A stretch of 64,000 nt of DNA from an uncultured virus (IMG/VR IMGVR_UViG_3300042346_000356) (lineage: Duplodnaviria; Heunggongvirae; Uroviricota; Caudoviricetes): IMG/VR virus record IMGVR_UViG_3300042346_000356. One strand, given 5' to 3'. Below are positions 30,371-40,022 of this stretch, in pieces (the stretch's first letter is position 1; each line of letters starts with the position of its first letter). The notes beneath the pieces are model-generated. The model was not told the origin of the DNA. It made no database searches and saw only the letters and a program-made list of their open reading frames with translations. The translations under genes and the position numbers were made by a program.

Positions 30371-31233
30371 ATGTAGCCTCTGAAGTAGATTCAGACTATA
30401 TAATTTTTTGCCCCTATCACAATAACCACCATACACCAGCAGGTGAAATAGATAAAACAAAAGGAACTTTTTTCTGTTTTTCATGTAGAAAGATTGCAGA
30501 TTTAGTAGAGTTTGTTATGCACACTTCTGGTAGAACATATTTTGAGTCTGTTAGATTTATTAAGAGTAAAGAGCAAGAGCAAGACCTAGAAAGACAGATC
30601 AGCCAGCAACTAGTTCATAAGCCAGAGTTTACATTGTTTGATGAGTTAGTATTAAAAAGACTTCATAACAATCTATTAAGTTTTGACAGAGCAAAAGAAT
30701 ATCTTAAGTATAGAAAGATTAACTCTAATTCTTGGTCAAAGTTTTCTTTAGGGTATTCAGAAAAACAGGACATGGTAACTATTCCAGTTCACAGCCCAGA
30801 CAACTTGCCAATTGGATTTGTTGGTAGATCTATTGAAGGCAAAGAGTTTAAGAATACTCCAGGTCTTCCAAAAAGTAAAACCTTATTTAATTTAAATAGG
30901 GTAAAGACTTCAAGCAGAGTTTATGTAGTGGAGTCTTCGTTTGATGCTATCAGGCTTGATCAGGTTGGATTTCCTGCAGTAGCAACATTGGGTGCAACAA
31001 TATCAAATGCACAAGTAGACTTGCTTCAAAAGTATTTCAATGATATAATTGTCATTGCAGATAACGATGTCGCAGGCAGCAACATGAAAGACAGGCTTAT
31101 TGAAAGGCTTGGATCTCGTGTTTCTGTTATTGAATTACAAAAACAATATAAAGACATTGGCGATATGGATGATGAAGCAATTAAGGAACTTGAGTTCCAG
31201 TTTGACAAATCTATATCGTTTATGCTAAACTAA
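30289..31233 (+). CDS. dnaG: DNA primase
   Basis: CPYH...CFSC zinc finger; TOPRIM motifs VESSFD and DNDVAG. Confidence 0.9.
   Translation: MDSRNRRKQGDIYTKEQIKRILAGTGIDVASEVDSDYIIFCPYHNNHHTPAGEIDKTKGTFFCFSCRKIADLVEFVMHTSGRTYFESVRFIKSKEQEQDLERQISQQLVHKPEFTLFDELVLKRLHNNLLSFDRAKEYLKYRKINSNSWSKFSLGYSEKQDMVTIPVHSPDNLPIGFVGRSIEGKEFKNTPGLPKSKTLFNLNRVKTSSRVYVVESSFDAIRLDQVGFPAVATLGATISNAQVDLLQKYFNDIIVIADNDVAGSNMKDRLIERLGSRVSVIELQKQYKDIGDMDDEAIKELEFQFDKSISFMLN
31202..31231 (+). promoter_or_regulatory. Sigma70-type promoter for SSB/DnaE, inside the primase 3' end
   Basis: TTGACA-18 nt-TAAACT with extended TG. Confidence 0.65.
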
Positions 31234-31258
31234 TATAACAACACAAAGGAGAAATAAT

Positions 31259-31915
31259 ATGAGCGTAGTAAAGGGATTAAAAGCAATCAACGCCCTGCTC
31301 GACAAGCCAAAGTATGACGAAAACTCACCAAAGGTTAAGTGGCTAAAACTTGCCGATGGTCAATCAGTAAAGATCCGATTCATTGAAGAGTTGGACGAAG
31401 ACTCTGCAAACTATAGCGAAGAGCGTGGACTTGCACTTGTTGTAAAGGAACACACAAATCCAAAGGACTATAAGCGTAAGGCTGTAGACACAATGGATAC
31501 AGAAGGCCGTGACTGGGCTGAAGAAATGCATCGCAAGGATCCAAAGGCTGGCTGGAGAGCACGTCTTCGTTTCTATTGCAACGTTCTAGTTGACGACGGC
31601 ATTGAAGCACCATATGTTGCTATCTGGTCAATGGGTATCAGTAAGCAATCATCATTTAACACAATTCGTGAGTATGCACTTGAAACAGGAAGCATCTCAA
31701 ACATTCAATGGAAGTTAAAGCGTAATGGTCAGGGAACTGAAACAAACTATACACTTATTCCATCTGCTCCAGACAAGGAGCCTTTTAACTGGGGAGAGAT
31801 TAAGCCTTATCCCCTAGAACTTGCTTTGCGTAAGGTTCCATATGCTGAACAAGAAGCGTTCTACCTTGGATTTGATTCACCATCAATCACTTCGTCAACG
31901 AATGCTGACTGGTAA
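31259..31915 (+). CDS. Single-stranded DNA-binding protein (gp32-like)
   Basis: WLKLADGQSVKIRF and LKRNGQGTETNY; between primase and polymerase. Confidence 0.7.
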   Translation: MSVVKGLKAINALLDKPKYDENSPKVKWLKLADGQSVKIRFIEELDEDSANYSEERGLALVVKEHTNPKDYKRKAVDTMDTEGRDWAEEMHRKDPKAGWRARLRFYCNVLVDDGIEAPYVAIWSMGISKQSSFNTIREYALETGSISNIQWKLKRNGQGTETNYTLIPSAPDKEPFNWGEIKPYPLELALRKVPYAEQEAFYLGFDSPSITSSTNADW

Positions 31916-31918
31916 TCA

Positions 31919-34900
31919 ATGAACTATGTAGGCTTACATGTCCATACACACTATTCATTATTTGATGGTGTCGCTACTCCAGAAGAATACATTGACCGTG
32001 CAGTTGAGTTAGGGATGCCAGCAATTGCCATCACTGACCACGGAACTTTATCTGGGCATAGGGAACTGCACCGTATTGCAAAAGCGAAGGGTATTAAGCC
32101 TATACTTGGTGTAGAAGGCTATATGTGTCAAGATAGATTTGATACTAGAGATAAGTCTGAAAGAGATGGAGATCTAGATCTAGTCTACAACCATATAGTC
32201 CTTCTCGCCAAGAACCAAATTGGTTTAGAGAATCTAAATAAGATTAATGAAATTGCTTGGACAGAAGGGTTTTTCAAGAAGCCAAGATTTGACTTTGAAA
32301 TTCTTGAAAAATATGCAGAGGGTATTATTGTTACTTCTGCTTGCCCAAGTAGTGTTTTAGTAAAGGCACTTGAGAACAACGAGTTTGCTATTGCTAAGAA
32401 GCACATTGAATGGTTTAAACGTGTATTTAATGATGACTATTATATTGAGGTAATGCCACACAATCCAGCAGAAATTAATAAGCAACTTATTGCTTTGGCT
32501 GATGAGTTTGGAGTCCAGGTTGTTGTAACTCCTGACTGCCACCACAGCACAACAGATCAAAAAGAAATTCAAGAATTTAAACTTCTTCTTAATACACACG
32601 TAAAGATTGACAAAGAGCATACATTTGAAAAATCTAAAAAGCAACCAGATATGATGAAGCGTCTTGATTATTTGTATGGCGAAGATAGACAGATCACTTT
32701 TAATAAGTTTGATATTCATTTGCTATCTTATGAAGAAATGAAATCTGCTATGGAAGCACAGGGAATTAACCGTCCAGATATCTACTCTAATACGCTTGCT
32801 ATTGCTGAAAAAGTTGGGGACTATGGAATTCAAGAAGGACTAAACCTACTTCCAGTCCAATATAAGAATCCAGATAGAGAGTTAAGAGAAATTGCCTTAG
32901 AGGGATTGATTCAAAGAGGCATCGTAGATAACCAGGAATACCTAGATAGACTAGATGAAGAACTCTCAGTCATTAAAGATAAAAAATTTGCTCCATACTT
33001 TCTTGTAGTTAGAAATATGATTGCTTGGGCCAAGAAGGAAGGAATCATGGTTGGTCCTGGCCGTGGTTCTGCTGCAGGATCTTTGTTATGCTATGCACTA
33101 AGCATTACAGATATTGATCCAATTAAGCACGGACTTCTCTTCTTTCGTTTTATTAATCCAGATCGTAATGACTTCCCTGATATCGATACAGACATTCAAG
33201 ATTCTCGTCGTGAAGAGGTTAAAGATTATCTAGTTAGACAGTATAGGCACGTTGCATCTATTGCTACTTTTCTTTCCTTTAAAGACAAAGGTGTTGTAAG
33301 AGATGTTGCAAGAGTTTTAAACATTCCACTTACAGATGTTAATAAGGTTTTAAAGTTAGTTGATACTTGGGATGATTTTTGCACATCAAAAACAACACGT
33401 GAGTTTCGTGAAAAATATCCAGAGGTAGAGATTTATGGAGAGCAACTCCGTGGTCGTATTAGAGGCACTGGAATTCACGCTGCTGGTGTTGTTACTAGTA
33501 AAGATCCTATTTTTAGATTTGCACCAATGGAGACCCGTTCTTCTACAGGTAGCGATGAGCGCATTCCCGTTGTTGCGGTTGATATGGAAGAGGCAGAAAG
33601 AATTGGTCTGATTAAGATTGATGCTTTGGGTCTTAAGACTTTATCCGTTCTTAAGGATACCGTAGATATGATTAAAACAAATCATTACAAAGACATTAAC
33701 TTGTTGGAGATTGACATGTCAGATGCCAATGTTTATGAGATGCTATCTAGTGGTTATACAAAGGGTGTGTTTCAGTGTGAAGCAACGCCATACACAAACC
33801 TTCTTGTTAAGATGGGTGTAAAGAACTTTAATGAACTTGCTGCATCTAATGCTCTTGTTAGACCAGGCGCTATGAATACAATTGGAAAAGACTACATTGA
33901 TCGTAAACATGGTCGTCAAAATATTAGTTATACTCACCAAGTATTGAAAGAATTTACGGAGGAAACTTATGGTTGTATTCTTTACCAGGAACAAGTTATG
34001 CAAGCATGCGTATCTCTTGGAGGTATGTCCATGTCGGAAGCAGATAAAGTTAGAAAAATCATTGGAAAGAAAAAAGATGCTAAAGAGTTTGACCAGTTTA
34101 AAGACAAATTTGTCGAAGGTGCTTCTCGTTTTGTTTCTCCTAACACTGCTCGTGATTTGTGGCATGATTTTGAAGCACACGCAGGGTATTCATTTAATAA
34201 GTCTCACGCAGTAGCATACTCTACACTGTCTTATTGGACAGCATGGTTAAAGTATCACTATCCTCTAGAATTTATGTTTGCCCTTCTGAAGAACGAAAAG
34301 GATAAAGATGGTAGAACTGAGTATCTGATTGAGGCAAAGCGTATGGGAATTTCTATCAAACTTCCACACATCAACGATTCAGATGCAGACTTTAAGATTG
34401 AAGGCAAGGGCATTAGGTTTGGGCTGACTGGAATTAAGTATATATCTGACAACATTGCCAGCAAGTATATTGCAGGAAGACCCTTTACATCTTACAAGCA
34501 ACTAGAAGAGTTTACCTTTACTAAGGGTAATGGAGTAAATAGTCGTGCACTCCAGGCACTAAGAGTTATTGGAGCAGCAACATTTACAGACAATCCAAGA
34601 AACGACAATGAGATAAAAGAAAATCTATATGAATACTTAAACTTGCCAGAGTTTAATCTGGTTGTTCCTTCACACTACTATGCGTTTATACAGGATGTAG
34701 AGGAGTTTGAGGAAAAGGGATCCTACATTTTACTTGGCATGGTAAAATCAATTAAGAGAGGAACGGGGTGGTCACGAGTTGAAGTTTTGGACAAGACTGG
34801 CAGTATTGGTATATTTGACGATGAAGCAACCACTATTGAGACTGGTCGTAGTTATCTTATTCTTGCAAACGATAATCGGATTGTATCTGCAATACCGTCT

Positions 34901-35191
34901 GACGAGATAAATGGATCATCAAATGCGTTGGTAAAGTTTTTAAATTATAAGCAGTTACCTTTTTCAGAAGATGAGATGTTTGTTATTTCTTTTAAGCCAA
35001 GAATTACTAAGGCTGGAAAGAAGATGGCATCCCTAACACTTGCAGATACGTCTAGAGATCTTCACTCTATTACCGTATTCCCTACTGCTTTTGCAAAAGC
35101 ATATATGAGGTTAGAAGAAGGAAAGTCTTATAAGTTTAGTTTCGGAAAGACTAAAGATGGAACAGTTATATTGGAGGATATAAATGCTTGA
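31919..35191 (+). CDS. dnaE: DNA polymerase III alpha subunit
   Basis: PHP motif LHVHTHYS, GRGSAAGS, PDIDTD, YSFNKSH. Confidence 0.97.
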   Translation: MNYVGLHVHTHYSLFDGVATPEEYIDRAVELGMPAIAITDHGTLSGHRELHRIAKAKGIKPILGVEGYMCQDRFDTRDKSERDGDLDLVYNHIVLLAKNQIGLENLNKINEIAWTEGFFKKPRFDFEILEKYAEGIIVTSACPSSVLVKALENNEFAIAKKHIEWFKRVFNDDYYIEVMPHNPAEINKQLIALADEFGVQVVVTPDCHHSTTDQKEIQEFKLLLNTHVKIDKEHTFEKSKKQPDMMKRLDYLYGEDRQITFNKFDIHLLSYEEMKSAMEAQGINRPDIYSNTLAIAEKVGDYGIQEGLNLLPVQYKNPDRELREIALEGLIQRGIVDNQEYLDRLDEELSVIKDKKFAPYFLVVRNMIAWAKKEGIMVGPGRGSAAGSLLCYALSITDIDPIKHGLLFFRFINPDRNDFPDIDTDIQDSRREEVKDYLVRQYRHVASIATFLSFKDKGVVRDVARVLNIPLTDVNKVLKLVDTWDDFCTSKTTREFREKYPEVEIYGEQLRGRIRGTGIHAAGVVTSKDPIFRFAPMETRSSTGSDERIPVVAVDMEEAERIGLIKIDALGLKTLSVLKDTVDMIKTNHYKDINLLEIDMSDANVYEMLSSGYTKGVFQCEATPYTNLLVKMGVKNFNELAASNALVRPGAMNTIGKDYIDRKHGRQNISYTHQVLKEFTEETYGCILYQEQVMQACVSLGGMSMSEADKVRKIIGKKKDAKEFDQFKDKFVEGASRFVSPNTARDLWHDFEAHAGYSFNKSHAVAYSTLSYWTAWLKYHYPLEFMFALLKNEKDKDGRTEYLIEAKRMGISIKLPHINDSDADFKIEGKGIRFGLTGIKYISDNIASKYIAGRPFTSYKQLEEFTFTKGNGVNSRALQALRVIGAATFTDNPRNDNEIKENLYEYLNLPEFNLVVPSHYYAFIQDVEEFEEKGSYILLGMVKSIKRGTGWSRVEVLDKTGSIGIFDDEATTIETGRSYLILANDNRIVSAIPSDEINGSSNALVKFLNYKQLPFSEDEMFVISFKPRITKAGKKMASLTLADTSRDLHSITVFPTAFAKAYMRLEEGKSYKFSFGKTKDGTVILEDINA

Positions 35192-35507
35192 TAGTTTAGC
35201 AGTTGATTTACATAGGGTTGCAGTTGAAAAAGGATTTTGGCCAAAGACAGAAGATGTGGATGACATCTTTGTTGCAAAACAAATGATGATGATCGTATCA
35301 GAGGTTGTTGAGGCAATGGAAGCAATTCGCAAAGAAAAGGGTGAAGAAGAGATTACAAAAGAGTTTGCTGATATTTTTATTAGAACTCTAGATCTCTATG
35401 CAGGACTTGTTGAAGCAGGGTATACTAGATTATCACTAGATCATGTATTAAAAGAAAAATCAGAATTTAATCAGACTAGACCAGAGAAGCACGGAGTAAG
35501 ATTCTAA
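35184..35507 (+). CDS. MazG-like NTP pyrophosphohydrolase
   Basis: SEVVEAMEA...EFADIFIR. Confidence 0.8.
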   Translation: MLDSLAVDLHRVAVEKGFWPKTEDVDDIFVAKQMMMIVSEVVEAMEAIRKEKGEEEITKEFADIFIRTLDLYAGLVEAGYTRLSLDHVLKEKSEFNQTRPEKHGVRF

Positions 35508-36517
35508 TGACAGTAACAGTTGAAGAAGCAATGGCGTCACTTGACCCAAAGTTAAGAAAAAAATTGGGGACTGGAGTTGGAGTTAACTATGAATACCAAC
35601 CTACACCTAGTTACGGATTAAACCGTGCTCTAGGTGGAGGTCTTCCTTATGGGAGACAAGTTCTTATCTGGGGCTCTAAGTCCTCTGCAAAGTCTTCTAT
35701 GTGCCTTCAGATGATTGCTCTAGCACAAGCCGAAGGTAAACTATGTGCATGGATTGATTCAGAAATGTCATACTCTGAAGACTGGGCTAGAACTTTGGGG
35801 GTAGATCCAGAAAAATTAATCTACTCACAAGCAAGAACTATTAGTGATATGGTAGATGTTGGCGTTGGATTAATGAATGCTGGTGTTGACCTAATCGTAG
35901 TAGATTCTATTACATCAATGCTTCCTGCCATCTATTTTGAAAAAGATACAGATGAAATGAAAGCCTTAGAAAATACAAAACAGATTGGAGCAGAATCCCG
36001 TGACTTTAGTAACGCATGGAAAATGCTTAACTATGCAAACAATAAAGTTAAGCCAACTTTGCTTGTTCTTATTTCTCAGTCTCGTAACAATATCAATGCT
36101 ATGTATACTAGCCAGCAGCCTTCTGGTGGTCAGGCTACTAAGTTTTATTCCTCATGTATTGTTAAACTCTTTTCTTCAGAGTCAGATAATCAAGCGATTA
36201 AGGGCAAGATCAAGGTAGGAGATAAATTAATTGAAGAAAAGATTGGTAGAACTATTAAGTGGGAACTCCAGTTCTCCAAAACCTCTCCAGGGTTCCAGTC
36301 TGGTGAGTATGATTTTTATTTCAGAGGTGACAATATTGGTCTTGATACCATTGGTGATTTGGTTACTACCGCAGAACTAAATGGCATTGTAGAACGCACA
36401 GGTGCTTGGTATATACTTCCTGACGGCACAAAGGTTCAAGGTAAAGAAGCATTCGTTAATCGTGTAAGAGAGGATCTTGACTTGCAAGAATCAATTAAGT
36501 CTAGGTTAAATGACTAA
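35507..36517 (+). CDS. recA: RecA-like recombinase
   Basis: LGGGLPYGR, GSKSSAKS, WIDSE, IVVDS, GAWY. Confidence 0.92.
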   Translation: MTVTVEEAMASLDPKLRKKLGTGVGVNYEYQPTPSYGLNRALGGGLPYGRQVLIWGSKSSAKSSMCLQMIALAQAEGKLCAWIDSEMSYSEDWARTLGVDPEKLIYSQARTISDMVDVGVGLMNAGVDLIVVDSITSMLPAIYFEKDTDEMKALENTKQIGAESRDFSNAWKMLNYANNKVKPTLLVLISQSRNNINAMYTSQQPSGGQATKFYSSCIVKLFSSESDNQAIKGKIKVGDKLIEEKIGRTIKWELQFSKTSPGFQSGEYDFYFRGDNIGLDTIGDLVTTAELNGIVERTGAWYILPDGTKVQGKEAFVNRVREDLDLQESIKSRLND

Positions 36518-36686
36518 ATATAGTATATACGAAGGAAAGTTTCCTTGTAAGACTTGTAAAAAAGAAGTAAAGACTATGAGAGTTTATATGGAAACTGGTA
36601 TGGCGTCTTGGATGTGCTCAGAAAAACATTTATCAGAAGTATTGTTATTTAGAAAAGGATACAAAAAGGTAAAAAGAAATGACTGA
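36510..36686 (+). CDS. Small Zn-binding protein (58 aa, not in the ORF track)
   Basis: Manual translation MTKYSIYEGKFPCKTC...WMCSEKH; overlaps both neighbours. Confidence 0.65.
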   Translation: MTKYSIYEGKFPCKTCKKEVKTMRVYMETGMASWMCSEKHLSEVLLFRKGYKKVKRND

Positions 36687-36960
36687 GAAGAGCGAAAGCA
36701 AAAGAATCGGTGCAAAGCAGCACAAGAATTCTGGACGCAACACCCAAAAGGGTGATGCTTCTTGGAAAACCTTTGTCGTAGACTTTAAAGAGGTGGGTAA
36801 ATCTTTTACCTTAAACAAAGAGGTTTGGGCTAAGGCTACTACAGATGCCATGAAGAATGGCAAGGATCCAGCCATAGTGGTCGTAATGGGCGAGGGTAAT
36901 GCAAAAGTAAGACTTGCTATAATTGAAATGAGCATACTAGAAGATATGATGGAGGAATAA
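36679..36960 (+). CDS. PD-(D/E)XK resolvase-like nuclease
   Basis: NSG...KGD...VDFK. Confidence 0.6.
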   Translation: MTEKSESKRIGAKQHKNSGRNTQKGDASWKTFVVDFKEVGKSFTLNKEVWAKATTDAMKNGKDPAIVVVMGEGNAKVRLAIIEMSILEDMMEE

Positions 36961-37265
36961 TGGAACAAGAAAAAACAACAATAGAGATGATAAATGGGTT
37001 GGCAGAGATTGCTGATTATATGGATGATGAAGAGTTAACTACTGCCCTTACCTTCATTGCTAAGATAATTATTAAGCCAGATATCCCATTAAATGTAGCA
37101 ACTGTAGAGATTGTAAGGTTGCAGGCCATTGCAGCAAAAATGGCTTTTAAGGCTACGTGGATGGCAAATGTAGACAAGTCAGATCGTGGAAAGAAGAACC
37201 TTTACTATACTGCTGCAGAGTCAATCAACAATCTTGTTTCTGCTTTGAAATATATAACCAGATAA
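36960..37265 (+). CDS. Hypothetical protein
   Basis: GGAGG RBS; coupled start. Confidence 0.65.
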   Translation: MEQEKTTIEMINGLAEIADYMDDEELTTALTFIAKIIIKPDIPLNVATVEIVRLQAIAAKMAFKATWMANVDKSDRGKKNLYYTAAESINNLVSALKYITR

Positions 37266-37300
37266 TCTGGTATACTTAATAGAACAGAAATGGAATTGCT

Positions 37301-38119
37301 ATGACAAAAAATTTACTAAAAGGCGTTATGATTAAAGCAGAAAAGGATGCAGTGGACACAATCGGCAAGAACGAAATGATTGAAAAAATTCAGCACGGAT
37401 ACATCATTAACCGAGGTCCAAAGCATACGCAAAAGAAAACTTTTGCCCCATCTACAATTGCTTATGGTCATGGAGAGTGCCCAAGATATTGGTATCTTGC
37501 ATTTGAAGGCCAAACATTTGAAGACAATACAGATGCATATGGTGCAGCAAATATGACTGCTGGAACATTGTCGCATGCTAGAATTCAGGATGCTATGATG
37601 AATTCTGGAATTGCTAAAATCTATCGAGATGATGAAAATCAACCAACTACAGAGTTTAAGATTAGACACGACGATCCTCCAATCTTTGGATATGGAGACG
37701 CTATGCTTGACTGGAATGGCGAAGAGATCGTTGGAGAAATAAAAACCATGATGAATGAAGGCTTTGAGTATCGAAAAGCAAAACAAAAGCCAAAGACTAG
37801 TCACGTTGTCCAGTTGCTTATTTATATGAAAATTCTCAAGAAGGCAAGGGGAGTGTTAATTTATGAAAATAAAAATAATCACGAACTACTTGTCCTTCCT
37901 GTAGAAGTAAACGATCATTACCGTCGGTGGGTAGACCAGGCATTTGATTGGATGAGGGCAGTTCGTAAGGCTTGGGTTGACAAGACCTTGCCTACAAAAA
38001 ACTATAGATCTAATTCTAAGATTTGTAAGTCATGTCCAATTCAAAAAGCATGTGCAGAGGCAGGCGCAGGAGAGTTAAAACTTAAATCCTTGGAGCCTCT
38101 AGAAGATGAAACATTGTAG
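37301..38119 (+). CDS. Cas4-like/RecB-family exonuclease
   Basis: CPR...GD...EIK...QLLIY...CxxCxxxxxC. Confidence 0.85.
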   Translation: MTKNLLKGVMIKAEKDAVDTIGKNEMIEKIQHGYIINRGPKHTQKKTFAPSTIAYGHGECPRYWYLAFEGQTFEDNTDAYGAANMTAGTLSHARIQDAMMNSGIAKIYRDDENQPTTEFKIRHDDPPIFGYGDAMLDWNGEEIVGEIKTMMNEGFEYRKAKQKPKTSHVVQLLIYMKILKKARGVLIYENKNNHELLVLPVEVNDHYRRWVDQAFDWMRAVRKAWVDKTLPTKNYRSNSKICKSCPIQKACAEAGAGELKLKSLEPLEDETL

Positions 38120-38390
38120 TTGGTGCGATAACCAATTTAGTCCGACAGTATCTTATCAGATATACTGCTCTACATCTTGTAGAGATCAAGCAACGAAGCA
38201 AAAAATTGCAGATAGATACATATATACAAGAAGGCAAAAGCGTGTTGGTAAAAATAGGAAATGTAGAAGTTGTGATCTAGATTTATCAATATATAATGAT
38301 GAATCTCTTTGCAACAACTGCGTAGTTGATCCAAAAGAAGTAAATAAAGCATTAAAAGATATGAAAGGTATTGCAAATGGTAAAGAATAA
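38106..38390 (+). CDS. Cys-rich zinc-binding protein
   Basis: Several CxxC motifs. Confidence 0.65.
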   Translation: MKHCSWCDNQFSPTVSYQIYCSTSCRDQATKQKIADRYIYTRRQKRVGKNRKCRSCDLDLSIYNDESLCNNCVVDPKEVNKALKDMKGIANGKE

Positions 38391-38973
38391 GTGGGGAATA
38401 GAAATGATTCCAAAGCGTATTTGCGCTATTGACGCAAGCACCAACAGTCTTGCATTTGCTATGTTTGATACTTTTACAAAAGAAATTATAAGTGTTGGCA
38501 AGATTACCTTTGAAGGCAAAGATACCTACGAAAAGGTTATGGATGCTGGGAAAAAGGTAAAAGCATTTCTTGAAATATATGGCGGTTTTGAAGCAATTAT
38601 TATTGAGCACACTGTGTTTATGAATAGCCCAAAGACTGCTGCAGACCTTGCTTTAGTCCAAGGGGCTATACTTGGTGCTGCAGGACAAACTGGAACGACT
38701 ATAATTGGTAAGGTTGCTCCTATTACTTGGCAAAACTTTATTGGTAACAAAAAGATATCCAAGGATGAAAAGTTGTTTATTAAATCACAAAATCCAGGGA
38801 AGTCAGAATCTTGGTTAAAATCTCACGAAAGAGAACTCAGAAAGCAAAGGACCATTAGGTATATTAATACTATATATGATAGAACTATTACTGATAACGA
38901 CGTAGCAGATGCTTGTGGCATTGGTCATTGGGCACTATCAAACTGGAGCAAGGCAATAGGGGTTGACAAATAG
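38377..38973 (+). CDS. RuvC-like Holliday junction resolvase
   Basis: AIDAS, IIIE, DVADA. Confidence 0.8.
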   Translation: MVKNKWGIEMIPKRICAIDASTNSLAFAMFDTFTKEIISVGKITFEGKDTYEKVMDAGKKVKAFLEIYGGFEAIIIEHTVFMNSPKTAADLALVQGAILGAAGQTGTTIIGKVAPITWQNFIGNKKISKDEKLFIKSQNPGKSESWLKSHERELRKQRTIRYINTIYDRTITDNDVADACGIGHWALSNWSKAIGVDK

Positions 38974-38977
38974 TATT

Positions 38978-39133
38978 ATGGCTGCTAAACTATATACAAG
39001 CGAAGTCTATATGCGTAAGAGATATCTTATGGATAAAAAGACTCCAGAAGAGATTGCAAAGGAGTGCGGAGTTAGTCTAGAAACTATCTACGTATACCTT
39101 GCTAAATTTGGATTAAGGAAATCAAAGCGATGA
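38978..39133 (+). CDS. Small HTH protein (51 aa)
   Basis: Manual translation TPEEIAKECGVSLETIYVYL. Confidence 0.7.
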   Translation: MAAKLYTSEVYMRKRYLMDKKTPEEIAKECGVSLETIYVYLAKFGLRKSKR

Positions 39134-39264
39134 ATAAGATTCAGAAAGTAATTGTTGCAGCAACAATAGCAGGTGCCGTTGGTGTTTCCTATGCACTATA
39201 CACCTTAAGAGGTTTGCCAGAAGCATTTGATTGGGAAGACGATGAGGAAGAGTCGTATGAGTGA
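39130..39264 (+). CDS. Small membrane protein with an acidic tail (44 aa)
   Basis: Manual translation; ATGA coupling. Confidence 0.55.
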   Translation: MNKIQKVIVAATIAGAVGVSYALYTLRGLPEAFDWEDDEEESYE

Positions 39265-39499
39265 AAACCTAAACATCACCGTTGATCAAGTTAATCACCC
39301 ACAGCACTACACAACAGATCCTTCTGGTGTAGAATGCATTGAAATTACTCGCCATCGTAACTTTAATATTGGTAATGCTTTTAAGTATCTTTGGAGAGCA
39401 GGACTCAAAGATGAGTCAAAAACAATTCAAGATCTAGAAAAGGCAATTTTCTATATTAAAGATGAAATTAATAGACTAGAGGGAAAATATGTCAACTGA
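39257..39499 (+). CDS. DUF3310-like protein
   Basis: VNHPQHY, GNAFKYLWRAG, DLEKA. Confidence 0.85.
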   Translation: MSENLNITVDQVNHPQHYTTDPSGVECIEITRHRNFNIGNAFKYLWRAGLKDESKTIQDLEKAIFYIKDEINRLEGKYVN

Positions 39500-40022
39500 A
39501 GATGATTTAGTTAAGCATTTAGATCAAGTCAACCTTGTTGTTGAAGAGTATCTTAAAGGGAACGATCCAACTGTAATCTCTAAGCAGTTATCGATACCAA
39601 GACAAAGAGTGGTAACACTTATTAACGAGTGGAAGGTTATGGCATCTGCTAATGATGCTATTCGTGCTCGTGCCAAAGAAGCGCTTGCTGCAGCAGATAC
39701 ACACTATAGCAAGTTGGTTTCTCGAACATATGAAGTTATTGATGAAGCATCTATGACTAATAACCTTAGTGCTAAGACTGCTGCAATTAAACTTGTAATG
39801 GATATCGAATCAAAGAGAATTGACATGCTTCAAAAGGCTGGACTGCTTGAAAACAAAGAACTGGCTGAAGAGATGATGGAAATTGAAAAGCGTCAAGAAG
39901 TTCTTATGTCTATTCTAAAAGACATTGCAGCAGAATATCCACAGGTTCGTGATGACATTATGCGTAGACTATCTGCAGTATCTAAAAAGGATGAGGTAAT
40001 AACTGTTGTCCACGGAGTTTAA
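39489..40022 (+). CDS. Terminase small subunit (putative)
   Basis: N-terminal HTH; directly upstream of TerL. Confidence 0.65.
   Translation: MSTEDDLVKHLDQVNLVVEEYLKGNDPTVISKQLSIPRQRVVTLINEWKVMASANDAIRARAKEALAAADTHYSKLVSRTYEVIDEASMTNNLSAKTAAIKLVMDIESKRIDMLQKAGLLENKELAEEMMEIEKRQEVLMSILKDIAAEYPQVRDDIMRRLSAVSKKDEVITVVHGV

Noticed and set aside
37301..38119. Cas4-like gene as evidence of a CRISPR system
   Set aside because: No repeat-spacer array or other cas genes were seen; solo Cas4-like nucleases are common in phage recombination modules
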